Translations under genes and position numbers: made by a program
Part shown: one piece after another, positions 26,921 through 40,467 of the stretch
Numbering within the stretch: position 1 is the first letter of the stretch
How the letters are laid out: every line of letters begins with the position of its first letter
The notes under the pieces: model-generated
Database searches by the model: none
Seen by the model: the letters and a program-made list of their open reading frames with translations, nothing else
What the model was told of the DNA's origin: nothing
From: Sphagnum compactum
Taxonomy: Eukaryota
Length of the DNA: 64,000 nt
Direction of reading: 5' to 3'
Assembly: GCA_965153455.1 (NCBI GenBank)
Contig: OZ234493.1
Span: 17,226,213 to 17,290,212 of the forward strand

Positions 26921-29900
26921 TTTGAAAATTTTGGGAAGATGGTATGATGCAATCACAACCTCTTTGGTGGTTTGTGCGAAAAAAATGGGCGGGCCAATCA
27001 AATGACATGACATAATATCAAAGACAAGGCAAGGACACAACTTGGAAAAAAACATATCAGCTTGACAAACTCACAATTTGATAATGAACAAAAATTAAAT
27101 AATTTTATTATTTGAACGAGACATAATACAAATTAGGCGAGATATGGAGAAGGGATACAAAAGGCACAACTTTTGTTAACAAATTGACAGGCGATGTGCC
27201 TTGAACCCTTCTTATATTATCCAATGGAACCTTTTATAACATCGTTAACCTTTTTAAAAGTTCCATCAATTAAGCCTTCTATGAGTTTCTACCAAATAAC
27301 CTTCTAGAAACTTCCACTAATCACGTCTTCAAAAAGGTTTTGCTACAAATAAATTTAAAGGACCTTTTTATAAACTTTTTAAATTTTCTATAAACTTCCA
27401 AACGTATTCTCAAGGATCTTCCTAGAAATTTATAAAAATCTCCAAAAATATTTTTGGAAACTTCTAAAACATTCCTTCATTGTTTACTATTCACGACATA
27501 ACGAAGATCGAATTGTGGAAGAAAATATTATTATGATCATTATTTACAAGTAAAATAAATATATATGATCCAATCAAGTGGTGCAATTTATTATGTAATT
27601 GTATATATAAATTGCTTCTCATAAATAGATAATTTTCAAATCGTTTAAAGTACTTTTAATAATATTTTAAAATATGAAAACTTCTATTACATCGTTTTTA
27701 GAGCTCTTTGATACCCTATAATTATTGAATTCATCTCAAATTCAACCAAATGTTCCATTAATACATAAGACAAATTTCTAGAAGTATACCAAACATTTTC
27801 AACGTGGACTTGATTTATCATTTTTAAATGTGAAAAAAAAAACTATAATTTCATTTGTTGGTGGCTCATTATATTGTGATTGCACCTAACATTTAGATGT
27901 AAACCTCATAGGGAACTACATAATATATTATAGGAAGGAACGGTATGCTTCTTTTCAAGTTTTGCCCATGACAAATTTAATGAATAAAAAATACCCGGTG
28001 ATTTGTTTATGTCCAAATTGGCTCCAAAATACACTGACTACCTACTTACATTTGGTTTGTGTAATTTGACATGTCCTTGAGTTAGACTTGAAAAGCTCAT
28101 TCTAGTCCCATCCTGAAACTCTTGTTGGGGGTTAGGGAATGCACTCTATGTTCACATCTTGTTACAAAATTAAAGATGAAGGAAGTTTTTTACCATCGAC
28201 ACCGCTTGAAAAACCGAGGGGTGCACCAAATGTGGCTTAAACTTTACCTTGTATGGAATGTTTAAACACACCAAAATTTGATTTATTAAAAAACAAGAGA
28301 TGGGAAGAGGCTTAATAATATCTTTGTTAAATGAAAAGTTTAGTTGTTGATTTTTACAAATTTAAACATATATACGATGGGTTACGTTAAATGTTTAATG
28401 TTAAATAAAAAAGGTGAATGGGTAAAAATAAAGTGGGCGTTCTTTGACCCAATAAATCAAGGATTTGAAAGAGCCAGTGTGAGCCACCACTATTCTAATA
28501 ACAATAGGTAAAGTTGCCACCTTTGTAAGTGGACGGGTTTAGGGTTCCTCCTACTTAATAATGGAGGTAGATAAAAGATTCGTGGGGATGGAAAGGAGCT
28601 TACATTTTTCAATCAAGCATTTACATGTCACCCATTATCCTAAGGTCTACATACATACATGTGCAACATATTGTTTACAAGAAAGGTTACCAGCATGGAA
28701 CTCGACATCAATTTTGTTGGGTTTCATCCATAGGCTATACTAAAACCCCAACATGCCTATCGATTTACATTTTGACATTCCATAGTCAACTATCTCACGT
28801 CGCGTAAGTGACATGACTAAACATTGAAAGCATACATCAAGATTGTTCATCCCTTCTTTGGGCACACGTTCATACCATGTCACTATTAGGGTTTAGGTCC
28901 TGTCCAGTTTTCCTACCTCCCAAGTGGCTACTGTCCGTCCTGATATAGCTACTGCCCGTGGCCACTGTCCGTCCGGCTTCATTGAAAGTGGACAGTCTGC
29001 TCTCTCCCCTGACTATGAACGGACACTGTAGCCAATCACTACTCGCCACGCGGACCACGTGCTGTCCATCCGGAGTCAGGGGCGGCTTCACGGGCGGGCT
29101 TGAAGCTCTGGAGTTGAGAATAGTAAGAATGCCATTACATGAAGTTCTGGTTTCGGAGAGTGGCCGTCCGGCTTCACGGGCGGCTTCATCGTTCCTTTAC
29201 TATATGTAATATGGTGCACCTAAGATTTATTGGCAACCTTGTGAGACTATTGTGAACACACATGAACGTTCAATTTTGTTTTACGTTGTTTCTTTTGTTG
29301 TGCGAAAACAACCTCCATTATTTCCAGGCCATGGTCACCAAAAATATGTTCAGTACATCCCAAATCAAAATAGTTCCTGCTAGAAAACCATGTTCAAATT
29401 TAGGGGTAATTTTTTGGCCACTGCCCTTTCAATGAAGAAAATACAAGTGTTTAATATGTTCCAAAGTTTTCACAAATACTTAGGTAGTGTAGACCAAGCT
29501 TAAGGGATCTACAACCTTTACAAGCAGATGCACTGGTTGTCAAAAGATTGTTCTGGCTACCCACATCCCAAATGAACTGCCTCAACGGCCAGATGTGCTT
29601 GAAGTTTTTGTGTGTGCCCGAAAATGTTTTTGCAAAGCTCTGCCTGATTTTTTAAAATTGTAAAACATGGGCTAACAGCCGGTACAAAGGACCTAGTCAT
29701 ATTGACACTTTAGGATTTGCACATGGCCTATAATGGGGCTTGAAGGAGCTCTATTTTCATTCCCCTTAGGTACATTTGCACAAAAAATTTGATCTTCAGA
29801 TATCTCGCCTGTAACCTTTTCTATGCACAAGGCCTTAAATCAATTTAGAATATATTCCACTAAGTAGTTTGATGACTCGATATACAAGGGCAGCTTCAAC

Positions 29901-31754
29901 ACATGTCATTTGAATAATTAATTAATTCTGAAGATTCCATGCCAAAAAAATTCAATACTCCATGAGATTCTCTATTGTCGTTCACAAATTTTTTCTTCTT
30001 TGGAAAAACATGTATTTGAAAATATCAACTTTTGAACGAATAATATTTTTTGGTGAAAACAGCTAAGGTAACTAAGGGATGCCAACGAGTTACTTACTAT
30101 TTAGGGTAGAAGATTTTAGAAATCGCTCAAGATATGTGCAAGGTCCGAATATTTGTCCAGAAAGCAAGATGTTCATCAAAAGATGTATTCAATTATATTT
30201 TACTGCATTTTCATCAGGAACCAACTGCCAACTGCGCGTTTCAGTACACGAGTTAGTACACTGAGATGCATTCATCCACCACAAGAGAAATTAGAGCTTG
30301 TTACCTGCTCAGGAAAGCTGGATTTGGTGAGGAGGGTTTTGATTTTCAATTCTGTGACAGTTAGAATTTAGGGTTATCTTTTGAAAAATGTCAAATTTAC
30401 ACGAAAAAACCCAAAATTTCCCACTTTATACCAAATAAATTCCATTAAATTGTGCTCATCAACATCTTTCCAAGAACACGAAATGCACATTCCAATTCCT
30501 CCTAAATTTTCAGCTATGATTTAATTTAGTTTTTAATGAAGAAATCATTTAATATTCAAGAACTCTTGCACGGCAAGTCCAAACACCATGAAACCAAGCC
30601 AATGCACTCCTCCTCGAGAGCTTTCCAAAGATCAAGAACACAATTTGAAGCATCCTGGTTCGGTGGATCTTATAAGTACCAAAAAAAAAGACTTTTTTTT
30701 TTTATCTTCCTTCATAAATAGATTGTTTAATGTTTATTGTTCATAATGAGAGAGGAGCAATTGTTTAGCAAAAAAATTGAGTTTAGTAAAAATTGATATT
30801 GCATCAAATGCATTGTTGGAGATGCTCTAAACCTTTACCATATTCAATATATGTATTGTTAATTATTCTCCCATCCACACCCATAAACATGAAAAAATGA
30901 ATGATCTAATGGGCAAGACCATCTTGGCCAATCATTAACATCGACCAATCAAAAACGATCATGTTGCTTTATTTGCCTCTTGGAAGTCTTTGTATCATGA
31001 GCATATTTACAGGCCCAAAACTGAGTTTCATACTATTTGAACTCCTGTATTTGATCCAAAACAGTGCTTCCTTGCCACTTTATTGTTGTGGGTGGAGATG
31101 CTTATAAGAGCAATGTGACCCAGCACCCACCAATTGGCCTTACTTAAGTTGCGAAGGACGTCCCATGCTCTATAGAATCCTCAATATAAGAAATCTATGG
31201 TTATTTTTGTTCCCCATATGATTATGTATGGGGAGGTTTGGCAACATTTACAAGGTCTAGATTTTTTGGGTGAAATTTAAGCGCACTAGTTGCTATACCT
31301 TAGGTGTTAACGGTTTGGGAATTGATGTACATACATACACTTTTTGTTTGATTACAATTATCATGGTATCGTGGGAGCTTCATATGTGTAAACAACAGCA
31401 AATTTATTTGACCAAGGATGCCATGACCCACGATCCTTATGCTGCCGCACAAGGTTCTAGGACTGCACAAGCTTTTCCTTCGCCCTTTGGCTGCTTACTC
31501 ACATCCAATCCCACCTAATGCATTAAGTGCAAAAATCCACTTGAAATCCACTTTGTCCTCTTTCATTCTTAGAAACTGTTATTTGGGCATTCGATGAATG
31601 GCCCCCTTGGGCATCTACAATAGGCAAATTCCAATTTACAACCAGTTTGGTCAAAGTGTTGAGTCTATGAACCTGCAATTCACCTTACAGGCAGTGGTGG
31701 GTTGCATATGACAAGACTTGCAAACTTTGTTCACCGTAAGAATGCCAACCAGCC

Positions 31755-34700
31755 CTTTTTCATCACGCTTTATAGCTCTGTACCGCAGGTCACTGCGTAG
31801 GTCATCCTTCACCTACACATCCAACCTTCCAAATGTACAATATTATCACAGATTGTACACAGGGTACTCAAAAGATGGAACAAGGTAAGGACAGCAATAG
31901 ACTTTGCTTGAAGCACTTCACATCTTCAGCATATGATGCTGACCTTGAGATATGCTGAACAACAGGAGAAAGAACCAAATGCTCAGTTGACCCTTTGAGA
32001 CTCAGAATAAACAAGTACAGCACTACCGTCATAACTTTAGAAGCCTGGGATGCCAGACCATTCTACTACCTTGGCCCAGTGAGTGGCAGTGGTGATATCA
32101 TGTCGCTCTGACAAAAGAGCCCGGAAACCAGCGAGTGCAGCTGCATGTTCAGCCCTTAATCGCTCCTCCTCTGCCTTTCGCAGTGGCACCACCCTGCAAT
32201 TCAGAGTGATTCAACACAAAGCATAGCACAGACACACACTCTATTTGCTCTGTTTTCCACTTTTACATAAATTCAGACCTAAAATCTGAAAGGAAGCCCC
32301 ATTCCAAACTATGCATCTCTCTATTTAGTCCTCAAATCATAGAAATGGAATGTATAATCACAACAGAAACAATCATGAAACTAGATATCTGTGCTTTCAC
32401 TCCTGCTTGCATCTTAACAACATATCAGTGTTCCATTGCAAGGAATGCTCTAAGGAGCAGGCAAACCACATCACCAAATAACCTGAAGGAGATCTCACAG
32501 CACACCTCTCATTGAGCAATGACTCCCGATCTTTGCACTCCAAAGGTTCAAATCGAGGCTCATGGCCCCACAACTTGGCAAAACTGTCATGGTCAGTTGA
32601 GTGTTAGATGTCCTGCAGACAACACATTACATTGCCCTCAGCAATACCCTGGACACAATAGATTGTGCCCTTGAGGTTGCTCTCTACTCTATGCAAACTG
32701 ACACTTGGACTCTGTTTTTTTTTGGTGAATGGCGACAAAAAAAAAGGGCTGGTGAATCCAACAAATGGATTTTTGAGATTTTAAAAAAAAAAAACCACCA
32801 TATCTTGACAAAAAAAACTTAGAAGTTGCCAGATTTGGACAGTGTGTTCCTGTAGGTCGCCAGAACTAGGCAGGATTCCGAAAAAGATCTACTAGTCCAT
32901 CAGGACAGTCACCATTTACTGCTAATTAATTCTGCAGATCCTAGCCAGTGCACCTACTTGAGGAATTTGAAAAAAAAAACCACTGCTTGGACTCTCTGTA
33001 CTATGACAACTTTTATATCCTGAGTAGAATTTTCACAACTTCCCACCCCATACAAAGCATAAGCTAACCCTCTGCTGCACAAAACCTTGAAGGACGCAAC
33101 AAAAACCAACTGCACAGATGCTCTGACAATCACGCCCAGAAACATCATATATCTCAGTATCCCAACATCATTTGTCTCAGTATGGATGCCACCCAGAAAC
33201 TGTTGAGTTTATTTCAGCCTATATGACTGCCAAGCATCTCTGTCCCACCCAACACTGGTCCTGTGAGGACTACCTACAGTGAGTTGCAACTAAAACAAGC
33301 TATATGCATGAGATTGCACTGAAAACTGTCAATTCCCAAACCAAATTAAACATGAAAAAATGGATGTGTTCACCAGTACCAGTCCATCACCTCCATCAGA
33401 AATGGAGCTGACTAGATAACATTATTCACTGACTTCAAGAACATGTTTTCCTTATCAGAAATGACGGCCAAATCAGCACACCAGTCACAAGCCTGAAGAT
33501 TAGCTACATATAATTTTGCCATATCAAGGTTCTTCAAAACCAGGGATTTTTGGAGGCCTGTTTGGTTGCGGCAGGCAATACTAACATTTATTCTCTCCAA
33601 AGGCTGCATGTGAGCACCTGGTGCCTCGAGCTTTCCAGCTCGTTGCTTAGAGAAACCTTGGCTTCAGAATTGCTGCAATAAAAAGTTCAGAACCTTGATT
33701 CACAGGACAGGGTTCACCCTACTGGAGTTTGAGTTCCCTTCTAAACTCTCCAGTGCCCACAAAGTGCAGGAGAGGAGATAACAAATAGAGCCAGAAATGA
33801 AATATATCAGGTTAACACCAGACCTTGGCAACTTCCTCTAGTAAAGATCTGAAGGCTTCAACAGCAGCCTTTTGTGCAGCGGGCTTCTCCTTACGTTCCT
33901 CCTCTGCCCTTGTTCGCACATAGTGCTCAAAGATAGATCGGCGTTCTATGTGGCTGGGAATAGCCTACAAGATGCCACCATATATGCAAAGTCAAGAAAC
34001 CAGATGACTTTGAAACAAAGGCATCACAAAAGGTGATTGTTCTCAATAAAGGAGCAGGGAAATCGAGCTCGAGGAATTGCTACCAGAATACAATCATCTC
34101 ATGGATAACGATAAATCCTCTCCAGCACCTGGAAGTCCAAAAACCAAAGTTGATGTTCCATGCATTGAAAGGCATCGATGTTGAGATGTGTTCCAAACCT
34201 TGAACCGTGGATCAAATATAATCTTAGGCAGCTCTTTCTCCCATTTTGAGAAAGGTGCAACGGCCTTTTCCTTCAGCATTTCCTGAAAGACAAAATTACC
34301 TTCCAACAGCATTAGAAACCAAACAAACTACTGACAGAAATCACAGTGTCCTTGTCATCTTGACTCAAACAATTAAAGGGATGTGATATCCAAAACTCTT
34401 TCTAAATTCGCTTCAGACTATCTTAATTCAAATTACACATACTGAAACTTTCTAGAAGTCCACAAGATCTCATATGTGTTATACTCTTCATGCATTCAAC
34501 AGAGTAACAAATTTGGGGAAGACATCCAAGAAACCTATCTGTATAGATTATCCATGCAAAATGTACCAAAACGGATAGCTGGATATAAGAGTCCCTAAAA
34601 TTACATGTTCGTTCACAGCTAGTGCATGATTGACTCATACAGAAATTCACAATTCAGGCCAAGAGGAAATTCTTTGACCAGAAAGTTGTTGAAGAGGCAC

Positions 34701-36193
34701 AACGATATCCACTTTCACCTTAAACCTCAATACTTTCTGCTCCTTAGTTGGGCCGAGGTCCTCATCATCACTGTCAGAGTCATCATCAGTTGATACTTGA
34801 TCCCCCTTGAGAGGCTTCCCATTCCCTCCCTCTGCTCCTGTCCCTTTCCCAATATTGTCATCAACTGCAGTACAAACATTCAACACCCCTGTTGGACCTG
34901 CCACACTTGCAGATAATAGAGAACTGGTCACTGGAGCACCAGGAAACTGCAACTTTTTCTTTATAAGATCTAGTGCAGAGTTTGCAGCAAGTGCCTTGTG
35001 GCCAATGGCCTCTCTACCACCAGTCAAGGCTGCAGGCACATTAATGGTGAATGAAATGGTGCTCTTCTCTGCAGGGGGCCCAACATCCCCAGCATTACCA
35101 TTGTCAAGAGACACACTAAATAAACTCCATTGCATACAGCATGTCACTAACATCTGCTACATCTGACAGGTGTACAGAATTCTGACCTGTGTCCTTGTAT
35201 TGTAATAGTATTTCTTGCTATCATTGGTCATCACCAGAGCCCAATCTGTTCCACTAAGATGTTCCCTGTTACAGCAGCAACACGTTGCTGCAATCAATTT
35301 CTCATTCCACCATCATTTGCCCTTACTGTTCACAGTTAAGAGTATTGTGACACAACAACAGCAGTATACAAGACTGTGCAATAATTTTTGACTTCTGCAG
35401 AAGTTTCTCCCCACCTAACCCAGACATTACTGAGCACCAATAGCAACTGGCTATGACTAGCACATCAGAATGCCAACCATAGGAGATAACTGGTAGCAGC
35501 ACACCAAAGCAGAAATGAATGTCAAAGACCTGAATTTCAAGAAACAAGTAAGATACAGCATAGTACCCTGTTCCTCACCATGAGACAGGTGTAGGCTGTG
35601 CTGTCACCTTGTCTGCCTGCAGTAAACAACAACGAGAACAAGTCAGCTATTAAGTTGGCAATACATCCCACCTGACAAACATAAACATACCAACAAGGAA
35701 TGTGTTCATAACCTGGTGAGTGTCACTTACAGACAATGAGACCATGACCTTCATCATGAATGGCAATGACTTGCTCCTTACAAGAGTGAAAGCAATATCT
35801 TGGAATACTATCCAGAAAGAATGCTCCAAAGGAATCGAACAGCCCCAATCACCAAACAAAACTTGTGTAGCCATGGCAGTGGCACTGGACCAATGTGAGA
35901 GACCTTGCAAAACTTAAAGAGGACAAATCACTGTCCAGACAAAGCATCCCAAGAAGTTCGAAGGCATAAGATGACCAATCATGCTACCTCTCCTTTAAAC
36001 TCGACTGGTCGAGTATATGTTGATTGACAAGACAGAGGATTGTAGTAGTACATTGCTCCATCCTCAGTCTTGTGTGCAGTCCATGCATCAAGATCAGGTA
36101 TGGTTTCACCAGCACCCTTCTTCAGCTTGTCCCCAGAACCAGTAACTGCTTGTTCTCCAGGAGGGGCAATGTCAGTTTTTACTTGCACAATTG
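31755..36193 (-). pseudogene. PRP40C: PRP40C-like (WW + FF domain) pre-mRNA processing factor, internal fragment
   Basis: GT-AG exons: 36193-35988 (DAWTAHKTEDGAMYYYN, WW1), 35616-35579, 35265-35187 (TDWALVMTNDSKKYYYN, WW2), about 35105-34719, 34282-34199 (EMLKEKAVAPFSKWEKELPKIIFDPRFK, FF), 33964-33824, 32612-32506 (in-frame TAA at 32606-32604), 32193-32070 and 31812-31755. The end of WW2 appears deleted, and the gene is truncated at both ends. Confidence 0.88.
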
Positions 36194-37096
36194 CTGTCGA
36201 AATACAAGTGCGTAATACAAGGGCAAGACACTCTTCTGTTACTGCATCTGGGAAGGTCATGGTTGTCACTTGTCAAGCTGCTACAGTCCCTAACAAACTC
36301 AACAACATAGTTGAATGGGTTGAAATCCCTTGACCAATTGAAAAACATTTGTCAGAAATTGCAGGGCTCAAAAATAGTCTTCAGACAGCACCATTAAATC
36401 ATACTATCTGAAACAGCAAGTTCCAAAATGATCAACTAAGCAATCATTAACACTTTACCTGTGAGAAGAGCAATATAAACAGAAGAGTTGGAATGCCAAT
36501 TTCAACACATTTCCCGACCTGCCATACAAGACCAAAGGCTCAGTTGATATAAACATATACACTTCTAAATCATGTGGTATATAAAACATGAGGAAGTGAA
36601 AAGAAAAGTTGCTGTGCAATGTAAGGATGCAAAAAGAAAGATTGTTGTGCAATGTGAGGAAGTGAGAAAATTGCATCACTGTAGTAGACCTGAAGGATGA
36701 TCAGAAGGACACTCACTATCGGTACAACCTAACATGAAAACTGTGATCATAACAGAATTGAGTCTTGTGGAGGGTGAGAAAGAAGATGGCATAACCCTGG
36801 AAATCCATATTCGAGGAGACCCAAGCCCACTATAGCTGTGACAGGAGCTATAACAATGGGACTTATATACCTGCACCCACCAATTGTGCGGGTTTAGGTA
36901 GTGGTTTTGAGATGACTGTGAAACATGATGAGAATGCAACTCAGATCCGACTTTGTGTATTTCTTCAACTGTGTGTTTCAAACGGATTTTAGGCATGAAT
37001 GATGATGATGACCTAGCCAGTGAGCTTGATCAATCCGGTCTAGGGCAATAGATTCAAAACCTTTAAGCAAGTAAGCAAGCAACCTGCTTTCATTAC

Positions 37097-38221
37097 CTGG
37101 CAGCTATGCCCCATAGGCTGCTGAATCCGAGTATGATGTTGAGCACTGAACCTGCGATGAAAGCTCCTTGTATCGCTCTCATTGCGTGTCGAAATCTCTG
37201 GAAAGCGAAAGGAGAAAAAAAAATCCTTGTTTGTTATTAATGTTTCAAAGGCACAGAGACACAGAGAGAGAGAGACCGCAGAAGTACAAGTTGAATGGAG
37301 AATTCTTCAAGTCGGAGGTTCCGGGAGTGTGTGCTACCATAAGAGGTGGATAATCTGTTACCTCATGCGGGTCAGGAATGTCGATGATACGAGGAGCATT
37401 GACGATGGAAAGCGTGATCGGCAGAAAATAGAAGGAGTTTCCCATAACTACCGGCAATCTTGAACCCAGTACAGTCTGCAACAAAGTATTGATCCCGGAA
37501 ACAAAAAGTGCGCTCTGCACAACTCGTGCTAAATCACTCTGCAACAAACAAGACAGACAGAGAAAACACAACAACAAAAACAACAAACAATCTTACCACA
37601 ATGTCCGCACAAAACAGACCACAACAAAGCAGTAGCAAAGAAGAGCTTCTTGATGCGCATTTCATGGCAAAGAAAGTACAAAAAGAAGATCAAGATCTTT
37701 CTAAACCTTTATTTTCTATGTCTGTCTGTGAGTGTTTCTCCAGAAGAACATACTGAGTGTCCATTAATATTAAAAATGACAAGAGATGGAATCAGCACTG
37801 TCGTCCCAAGCATGGTGAAGCAGTGCTGGAAACCTAAGATGATTGCTTCTCCTGCACACAAAAATCGGCAACTTCTTCCAAATCACAACTAGGAAAATAA
37901 AAACAAACAAACAAAGAACCTCATACAACAGCAGCAGCAGCTCATCTCTTTACAAAACCAACTCTGTACATAAGAAAAAACTGTGCTACTTCTTTTCCAA
38001 GCTTCCACCACCAAGAGAGCATCATCTTCACAACATAAACAAAGCAAAACCAGACAAGACAACAAAACGCAAATCTGCCAAGAACGAATCACGACTTCTT
38101 TACCCCATCGAGGATTGTCATTGATACAATAAGCGAGATTAGGAAGCTGCTCCAACGCATGGTGATGCAAATCCTCCAGCTTCACCATCTTCGGAGGAAC
38201 TAAGATAGGCGGATCCGCCAT
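37097..38221 (-). pseudogene. NAT: Nucleobase-ascorbate transporter (NAT/NCS2), first four exons only
   Basis: Exons 38221-38104 (MADPP...EQLPNLAYCINDNPRW), 37851-37754 (EAIILGFQHCFTMLGTTVLIPS), 37538-37362 (VQSALFVSGINTLLQTVLGSRLPVVMG) and 37197-37097 (RFRHAMRAIQGAFI) are all in frame with GT-AG boundaries. Downstream NAT exons are absent. Confidence 0.9.
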
Positions 38222-38645
38222 TACTCCCAACAACAACAATAACACAAAAAACTAACAATAGAACTCTCTCTCTCTCGTCAAAATACAAACTTGCAACGAG
38301 CTCTACACTCTCGTCGTCGAGCGCGCAACACAAAATGCAAACTGCGTGAGCTCCAAGAGAAGCAAAGCGAAGAGAAAGGAACGGGTAAGAAAGACGCACA
38401 GTGCAGTGCAAATAGGGGAGGAGAGAGAGAGAGAGGAAAAAAGAAAGAAAAAAAGAAAAGGAACGAAAAAATAAAGAAATTGGAAATTGTCTTCCTCACA
38501 CTAGGTACGCACTGAGCACACCCCCTGGGGTATATTTTATATAATTTATATGGAACAATATAAATGAAATGGTGTATTGATTTGCTTGCTAGAAAATTTT
38601 GCAACTATTATAAAAGGCCTAGCTATCTAGCGAATAAACACCTAG

Positions 38646-40467
38646 CTATTCGAAGGATTCATCACTGGATCCCGCCTCGTCATTAACATCTATGGTGCCA
38701 CCGCGATAAGTCAAACGCAAAGCACCTTCAAGCGGGCCCATTTTTCCTTTCCCTCGCCTTCTGATGCAACTTTTTTTTCTCATTGATTCGTTCAAAGCCT
38801 CGTTGATTCGAGACAAATCAGCTTGTCGAGTCACATAATAGGTCAACGTCTGCTTCCTAAGGTACAACGCACAGCCCAATTGTCGTCTTCGGTCTAGGAC
38901 GGGCATTGTGCAATGCTGAAGCCACCCAGATCGGAACAGGATGATTGTCCCATGTCGGGGTTTGAAAAACATTCTGTGCGCAGGAAATGTAAATTCCCCT
39001 CCGGATTCTGCTTCTCCTGTTCAAGCTCCAAACATGTTCACAATTGTGGGGTGTCAAGATGGAGTCCGACAAATTAAATTCCTTTTTTTTTTTGCTTTTC
39101 CAAAAAGCTCGAAACCTTATGCAGCAAAGCACACTTACCTTGTAAGAACCAGGAAATCACAGAATTAGACAAGTCCCTGTTCGTGTGCGGCGTCGAATGG
39201 TAGTTCTCCGTGATTGCCATCGCCGTAAAACAAGTCCTCCCGATCCGAGAAGTGCCAAAAGGTAATTGTTCCGGGAAGAAGTTGTCTAATTCTTGGAGCC
39301 AGGATGTCAACTGGGGACGCAGATTCTTCTCCACAAACTCGGTGGCCCAAGCATCTGCGGAGCGTTCCAATTCTTCTTGCGAGCAAACTTCCTTGTTTTT
39401 AGCATTTTTTGTAGGGTGCTGGTACCTAAAGAAAAGAAAACCAGGCATCATAAGAAAAGAGGTTATTTAAATTATAGCATGCATAAACTGAGTTTGGGCA
39501 GTGGAAGGGTGCAGACCTATCCACAGTAAGATCGAAACGGCAAAATCTATGCTCGAACAGCGCCATTCTAGACTCCCGAGAACAGGACCGGGAGATAGTG
39601 CCGCCGTGCCGAAACAAATAACCCAATGTTTGAAGATGCTCCGACGCTTCGGTAGAGGGAACAAACCCATGCAAATGGATTGCCACCATTTCTCCGTGGT
39701 AAATGAGCATGCAATCTTCACTCAGTTTTTTGAAATCACGGAGATTGGGATATGTTCCCTTGTTTTGCCCTTCGTCGGAAATTGTGTGTCCGAGCCCTAT
39801 CACTTGCCGCATGGAGCCAGGGACACTGTGCCCTTCGCTGCGAAAATGTCGGATGATCTAAGCACTCTCACCGGGACCCCAATATTTCGTAGAATGCAAT
39901 TTGATATTCCTGCGAGGAATCCACAAGATATAGTGAGATGGATTACGATTCCGAGCGAGTGTTAAATCAAAAACACAATTATCCATTCAGCTTTTACGAG
40001 ATTTTAGAAATGCTAACCAATCGCAAGGCTCCTCCACCATCACAATGCCATCCGATCCATCGACCGCTTGCAATGCATCCCCGTCTCTCGTCGCCAATGG
40101 TCTGGGCTCTTGCCACAACGCAAGGGCTCCGAGCCCAGAAAGTTGACCCTGTCACATAGCAACATCCATTGACGAGATTGCTCGGACAGCAAATGCATCA
40201 AAATAAAAAACATTGGTGTAGAAAAGGAAGCCATACCTGCGGCGCAGCCTTCAATGCTTGCTTGATTACTTGCTTCAAGCAAGTTCTGCCTTTCTTGGGA
40301 CCGTTTAAAGCCACCCTCTGGCGAAACCTTCCAAACTCCTCAGGCGTGAGGCGTGCGGAAGCATCCAACAATGTCCGATGCAGCAATCCGGAATTGTGTT
40401 GCTCGACATTTGTGCCCGGTAGGAGAGTCCATGCGCATATATCACATCGATGTCCCTCCATAGCCAT
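38646..40467 (-). pseudogene. U1/matrin-type zinc finger plus TET/JBP-like Fe(II) dioxygenase, 5 exons, about 470 aa, one premature stop
   Basis: Exons 40467-40237, 40148-40018, 39909-39517, 39425-39139 and 39016-38646 total 1413 nt, with GT-AG boundaries and consistent phases. Motifs: CDICx12Hx5H; FTAMAITENYHSTPHTNRD; GGEFTFPAHRMFFKPRHGTIILFRSGWLQHCTMPV; QLGCALY. In-frame TAG at 39860-39858. Confidence 0.8.

Noticed and set aside
37097-40467. Functional link between an 'ascorbate' transporter and a possibly ascorbate-using TET-like gene
   Set aside because: The NAT is a truncated fragment, characterised plant NATs mainly carry nucleobases, and the adjacency is best explained by insertion.
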